This document shows positions 55,845 through 64,000 of a stretch of DNA of 64,000 bases, piece by piece. Both the position numbers and the translations under genes were made by a program. This DNA is from Mantamonas sphyraenae STR306 (Eukaryota > Protista > CRuMs). The notes under the pieces were generated by a model. That model saw only the letters and a program-made list of their open reading frames with translations, was not told where the DNA came from and ran no database searches. The stretch lies in the NCBI GenBank assembly GCA_026936335.1, contig JAPMXV010000045.1, positions 248,001 through 312,000 of the forward strand, given 5' to 3'. Numbering within the stretch: the stretch's first letter is position 1; each line of letters starts with the position of its first letter.

Positions 55845-58614
55845 ATGAAGACAATGCGTGGCAGACGAGTAGCCTCGCACACGCGTAGCAACGGCACCGC
55901 ATGGGTGAAAGCAAGCGTGTGGATGGCAGCAGTGGCGTTGGTGCTGGTTGCCGGTGGAGCTCACGGAGCAGGCAGCCGGCCATGGGTCAAAGAGTCGCAC
56001 TCGCCAAGAGTGCACAACCAGCTCATGTGGCATGTGTTTACCGCAGGCAACATCGAATCGCAGGCGCAACACGCAAGCAACCAGTACAGCGTGCGGCTGC
56101 CTCTGGACGTGAACCCGGACGTCGTAGCGGCGGACCTGGGCCTGTACAACCATGGGCAAATTGGTATCCTCAAGGCAAGTTGTGTGACGGTTGTATGGGT
56201 GGCGTTTTGGCACGGCCACACAGTATCAATGGCGCCCCATGGGAGAGTTTTGCAGCTGACGCTTCTGCGCGTTCCCCATTTTCTGCTACGGCGGGTTTTT
56301 CGCGCGTGCGCACATGCACACACAGGGCCACTATCTGTTTGAATTGCCCCTGAAAAGTTCGGGAACGACGTTGATGAGCATGGAGGGAGAGGGCGCAGAG
56401 GGCACGGTGGCGTACCACACGCAGATGGCCGGTGTGGACGAGGAAGAGGAGGTTGCTTCGGCTGCAGCGTTGCTGCAGCCGGAGAGCGAGGCTGTGTACA
56501 CGCAGATGGAAGCACGTGTGGCGGTACACCCTGCGGTGGAGTGGAGCCAGCGTGAGGTGTACCGTCGGCACAGTCTGCGAGCGGTGCCGACGACGGAGCC
56601 CGCGACGCAGTGGCACATCAAAAACACAGGCGGTGGCGGCGGCACTGCAGGCGCAGACTGCCGTGTGGAACCCGTGTGGGCCGCAGGCACAATGGGGGCA
56701 TCGGTACAGGTGTGCATTGTGGACGATGGCATGCAGATTAACAACCCGGAGCTGGCTCCCGGGTACCAGAGCGCCGATTCGTACGATTTCAACGGCAACG
56801 ACAACAACCCGAGCCCAGGCACATCGGACAACCATGGCACGGCGTGTGCAGGGTGTGCAGTGGCACGAGACGACGGCACGTGTGGGCTGGGGACGGCGTT
56901 CCGCGCGCGTGTGTCTGCCCTGCGTCTGATCGCCGGCGGCGTGACAGATGCAACCGAGGCCAACGCGCTGTCGTACCGTCTGGCAAACAATGACATCTTT
57001 AGCAACTCGTGGGGCCCTACGGACGACGGCAGGACGGTGGCAGGGCCTGGGACGCTGACGCAGCAGGCGATGGAGACGGCGACGACGACGGGCAGGAACA
57101 ACCGGGGTACGATTTACGTGTGGGCAGGAGGCAACGGAGGCGAGAACAACGACAATGGCAACCTGGACGGGTATGGGAACAACGTGTTCACCCTGAGTGT
57201 AGGTGGCTTTGACAACAACGACGACCAGGCGTCCATCAGCGAGCCGTGCTCGTGTCTGCACGTGGTGGCACCGACCCAGGGCACGGTTGGTACTCTGGGA
57301 ATCACCACGACGGACCGCACGGGCACGGCTGGCTACAGCAACAACGCGTGCACGCCGTCGTTTGGCGGGACAAGCGCCGCGTGTCCGCTTGCGGCAGGCG
57401 TCATTGCGTTGGTGCTGGACAAGTATCCCACGTTGACGTGGCGTCAAGTGAAGCATCTGATGGTGTACCACTCGCGGCAGCTGCAGAGTGGCGACGCAAG
57501 TTGGGTGACCAACGGTGCCGGGGTGAAGCACTCGGACAAGTTTGGATTCGGGGCAGTGGACGCAGAGACGTACGTGGCAGCTGCGGCCAACTACACGACG
57601 ACCATGCCTGCGATGGTGCTCAAGGCAGGCACGCTGGTGGTGGTGAACCAGAACATCCCTGACAACAACGCGGCCGGTGTGACCAGCACGTACACAGTGG
57701 CGGGAGTGGACTCGGTGTACGTTGAACACGTGCAGGTGGAGTTTACCGCGTCGCACAACACTCGAGGGAACCTGCGTGTGGAGCTGACGTCGCCCAGCGG
57801 CACGGTGAGTGTGCTGGCCGAACAGCGACCCGACAACAACAACAACTACAACGGGTGGAACTTTGTGACGGTGAAGTGTTGGGGTGAACAGAGTGCAGGC
57901 ACGTGGACGTTGCGTGTGGCCGATCGCACAGCAGGAGCAACCGGGACGTTTGACTCGTGGAAGCTCAATGTGTACGGCACGGTCACGCAGTACGGGCGTC
58001 AAAGCGGAGGTGGAGGCGGTGCCACGCCCACATCGACGCCTACACCCACACCCACGGCGTCGCCCAACACCGGCGGCGATTCTTCAACGTCGGGTGGCGG
58101 CAACCCGTTGCTCGGCGGCGGTGAAGGCAGCGGAACGCCACTGACCGACGCAGAAACGGCTGGGCTGGTGGTAGCTCTGCTGGCAGTGTTTGCTGCCATT
58201 GGAGGGGCCTGGTTCTTCTTTGGTAAGAGGAAAGATGGCACGCGACGAGTGAACTTTGGCGGACGAGGACGTCGACGAGGGAACAACAGCCAGAACAGCC
58301 GTGTGGCCATGGGACGCACAGGAGGAGGTGGAGGTGGAGGCAACGAGCAGGTGTCCCGTCTGATCAACCAGTACGGAGGCGGGGGAGCAGGCACAGGGTT
58401 GCAACCGCCTGCAGCGGCACCGCCCGCTCCGCCGTCGGGAGGAGCACGGCCTTCGGCCACGGCACTGTACGACTACCAGGCTCGCGACGGTCGCGAGTTG
58501 AACATTCGTACGGGTGATGTGATGCAGGTGAAGAGTCGAGGCAACGATGGCTGGTCCCTGGTTGTGAACCAGCAGGGCCAGCAGGGCTATGTGCCCACCA
58601 ACTACATCCAATGA
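55845..58614 (+). CDS. Kexin/furin-like proprotein convertase (S8B) with P-domain, TM helix and cytoplasmic SH3 domain, 2 exons
   Basis: Signal peptide and prodomain; GC-AG intron 56175-56325; catalytic IVDDG, NHGTACAG, GGNGG, GGTSAACP; P-domain (VEHVQV..RGNLRVELTSPSGT); TM; ALYDYQARDGRELNIRTGD..DGW..GYVPTNYI. Start could be 55836, 55845 or 55854. Confidence 0.92.
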
Positions 58615-58694
58615 GAAGGGGCGGGAGCAGATGTGTGTGTGTGTGGCCATGACCATGAACAAAGGAAACGGGCAATTTGTTGCGTTCTGGCCTC

Positions 58695-60166
58695 TCACGA
58701 CGAGGCCTTGGCGAACAGCGCCGTGAGTTTGGATTGTGTCTTGGGACGGCTGGTGGTGGTGGAGGAGGATGTGGAAGTGGACGGCTTTGTAGTCGACGAT
58801 GACTGCTTCTGTGCGGCCTCTTTCGCCTGTTCAAGGACCCGTTGACGCCATGAGGCGTAGTCGAGTTCATCGCGCCGTTGTTTGCTGACCGAGAGGCCAG
58901 GGACAATGACAACGTCCGCATCGGCGACGGATGTTGTGGACTCTGCGTTCACAGCCGACTGGGCGACTTGCTGGGCGAGGGAGGTGTGAGAGGAGGATGA
59001 TGATGATGATGAGGAGGAGGAGGAGGAGGAGGAGGAACTGCTGGCTGGCGCCAGATCAGTGTCAAAGTCCACGTCGTCAGACTCTGCGTCCATCTGTTGC
59101 TGACGTTCCTTGCGACGTTGCTGCATGGACAGCAGTGGGTTGTATGTGGCCTTGCTGGGCGAGTTTGCGCCGGTACTGTTTTTGGCGTTGCTGAGCTGGC
59201 CCTTGCCATCCCAACGCACTCCGTTTTCGTCAACAATCATGACCATGGACTCCACGGGCTGAGAGGAACTGGACTCTGAGGACGTATCGGCGCCGGAGGT
59301 GGAGCTGGAGGCCGATTTGGCAAGTTCCGGTTTGGCAGGCTTGCGATTGGGGCCGAGCTGGGGACATGCGAATTCCATGGAATCCTGGACACGTTGGAAT
59401 TCCTTGAGTTGGATGTTGAGCGTCTTGCACAGCTGGGTGCGGTCCACCTTTTGTTTGGAGCGCCGGGCCACGAGAAAGACGGCGACGCCGACAAAGGCGT
59501 TGGAGGAAAAGTCGATGTACTTGAGGCGTGCCTTGGGCGTACACTCTGTGATTTTGGTTTTGTATCTGGGACGGGAGAGCGGAATGGGGGGCGGGGGGGA
59601 GGGACGGGTGAGCACGGGCGGGCGGAGAGGTTGGGAGCGCGCGGGAAGCAGCAGGGTCCACACGGTACATTTGCAGGAAACGTTTGACGGTGTTGGCCAG
59701 ATGAGCACACCCAAACTGGACGCAGAGCTCGCGTTCGGTAATCGGGAAGCGGATTCCGCAGAGGTTTTGTACAACGGTGCAGGCGCGCTCAAAGACGGAC
59801 TCGGAGGCGCCCGAGGCTTTGATCAGGCCGTCGCGGGCGGTTTGATCAAACGGCTCTTTGCAGCTGGAGGGTGCAGGGGTGGAGAATGGGAGACGGGAAG
59901 GGGGGAATGTACACATGGAAGGGTCAGTGGGATGGGTTGGGAAGTGTGCTCTGTGCGCCGGGGGTCACGTACAGCTTTGCGGCGAGAAAGATGCAGGCAG
60001 CCGGAACGGCGGCGCCAAAGCGGGAGGCCATGCCACTGCCTGCATCGCGTTGCCAGACACGACGGGCCAGCTCCATGGACTTTTGGGCCACGTCCGAGTC
60101 CGGCTCCAGGCCCAGGGACGAGACGGCGCGACGAACCTGTTTGGTGAACAGGGAACGCGCAGACAT
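58695..60166 (-). CDS. ORC6: Origin recognition complex subunit 6, 3 exons
   Basis: Exons 60166-59973, 59863-59669, 59565-58695. AACIFLAA, RELCVQFGC, DFSSNAF, KVDRTQL and C-terminal DYASWRQRVL. Confidence 0.82.
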
Positions 60167-60330
60167 GACGGGTTGGTTGAGTTGGAGCGGGAATCGTTGG
60201 AGAGGGAATCGCAGAAGAGGTGGGTGGAAGGATGGTTGGTGGGAAAAGGGGCAGGTGTCACAGAGATGAGGGATGAGGAAGCGAGCGCGGACGGCAGCAA
60301 GCGAAAAGCACAGACCAAGAACAAGCAACA

Positions 60331-60977
60331 ATGGGCCGACGAGGAGGTGGCAGCCGAAGCAGCAGCGGTGGTGGATTTGGCGGACGTTCGCGCACGACGA
60401 TGCGTCCGAACACGAGCAGGACGCAGAACGTGCGCAGCAGCAGCAGCAGTGCGAGCAGCAGGAAGCCAAGCAGCAGCAGCAGCAGCAGCAACAGCAACAG
60501 CAGCAGCAGCAGGACGAGCAGCAACAGCAATACGTCGAGCAGCAGCAGCAGCACGCCGTCGCGACAGGCGAGCTCGATGCCTGCGTCGAGCGGCGGTGGG
60601 ATGGGAATCGCGGGTGAGTGGAATTTCCTCCCGGCGGAAACTCGGCTGACGTGGCGCTCACACCGGATACGTACGCACTCTGCACAGGAAACATCGCAAC
60701 AACGGCGGCAGGCGTGGTTGCTGGCCACATGGTGATGAACGCAATGGGGTTTGGCAGCCACGGAAGCAGCGGAAGCGTGGAAAGCGGAGTGCAAGGTGGT
60801 CAAGTGGCCGAGGGCGGCTCGCAGGGAGGCCAACAGGTCGCCAGCGTGTGCCAATTTGAAGCCCAGGACTTTATGGCATGCTTGCAAGAGAACAAGGACG
60901 ACATTGGCATCTGCCAGAGCTACTTTGACACGCTGATGAGCTGCAGCAGCAGCAGCGCAATGGAAAGCAACATGTGA
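60331..60977 (+). CDS. CHCHD2/CHCHD10 (Mix17)-like mitochondrial twin CX9C protein, 2 exons
   Basis: Intron 60614-60687. GNIATTAAGVVAGH; CQFEAQDFMAC...CQSYFDTLMSC. Confidence 0.88.
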
Positions 60978-60989
60978 TTGGATTCCTGT

Positions 60990-61123
60990 GGCTCAGGGAA
61001 GACCCCCCTACGTTCATTTCTTGTTGATTGGAGTGTGGGATTGGAGTTGGGCACGGATGAAAGAGATTCCGCGGGTTGACTCGTTTGCCGTTGCTTCTGC
61101 CCGCGTGGCCTGTCATCATGTCT
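60990..61123 (-). ncRNA. Candidate box C/D snoRNA (weak)
   Basis: Box C ATGATGA (61119-61113) and box D CTGA (60996-60993). Internal GGAATCTC and GGGTCTTC are complementary to conserved LSU rRNA GAGATTCC and GAAGACCC. No terminal stem seen. Confidence 0.35.
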
Positions 61124-61272
61124 GTGTGCGACTTTGTGAGCACACTGGAAGCCACACATGCAAGCGGTGTAGTGCACCTGGTCGGTGCTACACCTTCCAT
61201 GCGGCTCCTTTCCAATGCACAGGGACTCGCAGGTGTGTCCTGCGCGCCCCGACTGCTGCCCCTGCTGCACAC

Positions 61273-61357
61273 GCATGCCATCAGAACTTCTTAGAGATTG
61301 TTGTTTGTGTGGATCACCATATCATCCGTCTGATTGCTTTGCTCATCCTTGGCATGC
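61273..61357 (-). ncRNA. Box C/D snoRNA, U61 (SNORD61)-like
   Basis: 8-bp terminal stem GCATGCCA/TGGCATGC, box C variant AGGATGA, guide CTCTAAGAAGTT directly before box D CTGA, complementary to SSU rRNA AACTTCTTAGAG. Confidence 0.8.
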
Positions 61358-61665
61358 ATGTGCAGCTGCCCCACAACCAAACTCTGTGGTCGTCTTCCTC
61401 CCATCCTTTTCCATCCTTCCCGCCTCCCGTGCTCACCTGCATTGCGCCCCTGCAGACAATGGCTTGTCTCTGAGCCTTGGCCACGTGTCCATCCTTGTGC
61501 ATGTCCACTGTACACACGCTCTGCGTGTCCTGGCCGACGCCATGCCCGCGTGCTTTGCATGCACCTCTGCGTGTGTTCCGCCTTTTGGCGTCAGCGCTTC
61601 CTTCTCCACGTCCACATGCGCAGACCCTCTCTCTGCCTCGCTACAGACAGCACAGTCCACAGCAT

Positions 61666-61759
61666 GCGACCTCAGAGATCTTGGTAGGTAAATATGTTTT
61701 GTAATCAGGGGCTTGCGCCGCAGTAATTAGTAGCAAATATCGTCTTCATCATCAGCCGC
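61666..61759 (-). ncRNA. U24: Box C/D snoRNA U24 (SNORD24/snR24) ortholog
   Basis: Terminal stem GCGGCT/GGTCGC, box C ATGATGA, guides ATATTTGCTACT and ACCAAGATCT-CTGA, both complementary to LSU rRNA AGATCTTGGTGGTAGTAGCAAATAT; this is the double-guide layout of U24. Confidence 0.88.
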
Positions 61760-62244
61760 ATGCTGTCCCTGTGTCTGCTTCTCTTGTGTGCACAACCTAC
61801 CCAAGGGCGCAGGACGTGTGTGTGTGCTGTGTGCTGTGTGCTGTGTTCGAACAAAACGGGGTTGTGTTCACATGAGGATGTTCTGGGCGAAGCGGCGCAA
61901 ACAATCCGCCACCCAAGACCACTCACCATTGAAACCAGTGAACATAGAAGAGAGAATGAATGGGTTGAAGCGTCCGTGTTGTTTGTTGTGTCTCCCGTCT
62001 CCCGTGTGACTGCACACCCCATCACAGACACTGATAGTGTGGCTGCGTGGTTCAGTGCTTCGCCTCCCTCAGCGTCTTGTGTGTCGCCAGTGCCCCACTT
62101 GCTCCAGCTGTCCATAGCCGCCATCATTTCACGTCTGGGTTCACATCGGTGTGCAGCCGAGCCGTCGACGCAAGATCACATCCACATGCGTGGGATCATT
62201 GCGGTGCGGCGTTCTCCTCTCCTCTTCTTCCGCTCTCTCCGTTC

Positions 62245-62763
62245 TTATTCATCCACAGACACTTCCGTGCTGTCCTTGCCACTGCGGCGCTTGACGGCAA
62301 TGCGCTTTGGCGTGACCTCCTCCTGCACTGGCTTGGTGATCACCAGCTCCAGCACGCCATCTTCCAGGTGAGCCGACACGTCGTCCTCCGTCGTGCCCTT
62401 CGGCACACGCAGACGACGCTCAAACTTGCCGTACGATCGTTCGATGCGACGGTAAGTCACCTGACCCTCGTCGTCCTCCTTCTCTTCCTTGTGCTTGTAC
62501 TGGCGCTCTGCGCTCAGGCTGAGCACGCCGTTGTGCAGGGAGATGTGCACGTCGTCCTCATGCACACCGGGCATGTCTGCATGCACCACGATGTCCTTGT
62601 CCGTCTCGTGGACATCCAGCTTGGGGCCGTAGCCCGTCAGGCCAGACAGGGCACGGCTGGATCCGTCGCCACTGTTGTTCTGGCTGCTGCGACGGCTCGT
62701 CAGCTCGTCGTTGAAAAAGTCGTCCATGTCAAATGCAAAAGGTCGAAACAGGGAAAGGCTCAT
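62245..62763 (-). CDS. HSP20: Small heat-shock protein (HSP20/alpha-crystallin)
   Basis: PKLDVHETDKDIVVHADMPGV..LSLSAER..YRRIERSYGKFERRLRVP..VSAHLEDGVLELVITK. Confidence 0.94.
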   Translation of the reverse strand: MSLSLFRPFAFDMDDFFNDELTSRRSSQNNSGDGSSRALSGLTGYGPKLDVHETDKDIVVHADMPGVHEDDVHISLHNGVLSLSAERQYKHKEEKEDDEGQVTYRRIERSYGKFERRLRVPKGTTEDDVSAHLEDGVLELVITKPVQEEVTPKRIAVKRRSGKDSTEVSVDE

Positions 62764-62885
62764 GTTGATTCGCTTGTTCGCTTGTGTGTGTGGTTGTTCG
62801 CTTAAGCTCTGTGCTTTGTCTTGGTTGAGTTGGTGCTAGGGGCGCAGGTTGTTTTTGTAGGTTGTTCGGTGGTCGGCAGGCGGAA

Positions 62886-62900
62886 ATTCGAGAAGGTTCT
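62886..62900. promoter_or_regulatory. Heat-shock element
   Basis: aTTCgaGAAggTTCt is a perfect three-unit nGAAn array about 125 bp upstream of the HSP20 ATG. Confidence 0.7.
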
Positions 62901-63609
62901 GCTGGGTTGTGGAAGGGTGGAGACGGAAGGTGGAAGATGCGGGTGGGGGGAAAGTGGTACGAGGCTGGTGCGAGGTGGTGTGGCTGGAACTGTGGCAGGC
63001 AGAGGAGGTGGTGGGTCGGAAAGTGTCGGGGAGTTTTTGCGCAGAACGAGTTGCTCAGCAACGACGTTATCGGTCGCTGTGGATGGGAACGGGGACGTGA
63101 ATGGACACGGAGATGGTGGCAGAGGGAGGAATGGATCACACTGCAAATGCAACGAAGCGTGGGATGTTGTGTAGTGAGCGCACTATGTCGTGGGGAGTGG
63201 GGACGCGTTGTGACAAGGAAACGAAAGGGAACAAAGCCTAGTGTGTGCCACAGGAACCAGAATGGATGCATGTGTGCATCGAAAGGGGTTACACTGCAGC
63301 CCAAGGAGGTGGTTCATGTGTGCTGAAGAACGTTCTTGTGCGCTGTGGAAAGGTGAGTACACGGTGGTTGTCTTTCCACACCTCCCCACAGCTTCCATGT
63401 GTCCATCCACGCTTCCAGCACTGTCCCAATGCCAACAATACCACGTGCAAAGCACCATGTACGCTCAGTGAGTCCACTGCTCGTCTTGTCGGCCCCGCCC
63501 CAAACATTTGGGTCCTCGTCACTTCCACAAAACGGAAGCGCCTGCGTCGCCCCCGCCCAACCAAGTGTACAGGGAATCTAGCAACGGCGTGATGCTCTCT
63601 CTGTGCCAG

Positions 63610-63744
63610 ATTTTTACTTCGTACATTGCCAAGAGGAAACATTCAGCGATATCAACCACCATGTCATGAACAAACATTTTTACTTCGAGTTGCAGGACGC
63701 GCTGCGCTTGCGCTAAGCACATGTCGGATCCCATTTTTACTTCG
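63610..63744. repeat. Three spaced exact copies of ATTTTTACTTCG
   Basis: At 63610-63621, 63676-63687 and 63733-63744, with unrelated 54- and 45-nt spacers. Confidence 0.85.
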
Positions 63745-64000
63745 AAAACTATTGTCAACGACCGTTCACAACGGATCCGGCTTGATGCTGCAGGAGCAGC
63801 GCCCATCAACACCTTTCAAACCAGAAAACGAGGCGCCATGGCACACAAAAACGCCGCTACCGCCTAACCACGTTCTCCTTCATAGTCGAGACCACCCCCT
63901 TGGATGCATCAGCACAGGGCGGCCGCGTGCGCAGAGGCCTGGGCTGCACATGGGACGCTTGCGGATGGTGTGCTGAAGGCGAGAGCAGGGAGGACCAGAC

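Noticed and set aside
60430-60555. Poly-Q protein (ORF 60273-60617)
   Set aside because: The CAG/AGC repeat is the Ser-rich linker of the CHCHD2-like gene in another frame.
62046-62133. Fourth C/D snoRNA candidate (ATGATGG...CTGA, 4-bp stem)
   Set aside because: Imperfect box C and no rRNA complementarity recognised; may be HSP20 3' flank.
63610-63744. CRISPR-like repeat-spacer interpretation
   Set aside because: The repeat is only 12 nt, has three copies and unequal spacers; there are no cas genes and the context is eukaryotic.
62764-64000. Short ORFs upstream of HSP20
   Set aside because: Low-complexity translations with no motifs; treated as non-coding.

Overview
Eukaryotic nuclear DNA from a very gene-dense, GC-rich protist. 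It is probably flagellated (CFAP97 present); the lineage cannot be fixed from sequence alone. The window holds about 37 protein-coding genes with short spliceosomal introns and tiny, sometimes overlapping, intergenic gaps. Main observations: (1) An intact, full-length but apparently catalytically dead ubiquitin-E1 paralog sits in tandem with UBA1 and shares a near-identical 1157-bp tract with it. (2) A ~2.8-kb inverted duplication (PPT thioesterase + Ras) flanks an 8.2-kb block whose junctions indicate it has been flipped; the two PPT copies differ almost only around the catalytic His. (3) A minus-strand box C/D snoRNA cluster (U24-like, U61-like, one weaker candidate) at 61-62 kb is invisible to the ORF track. 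(4) Several unusual domain architectures occur: kexin-TM-SH3 with a GC-AG intron, a lipid-anchored double beta-trefoil, WD40-UBR-PHD, and a tandem active/degenerate RasGAP. (5) Four or five apparent frameshifts fall in conserved genes and are most likely consensus errors. All annotation is by eye from motifs; no database searches were run.
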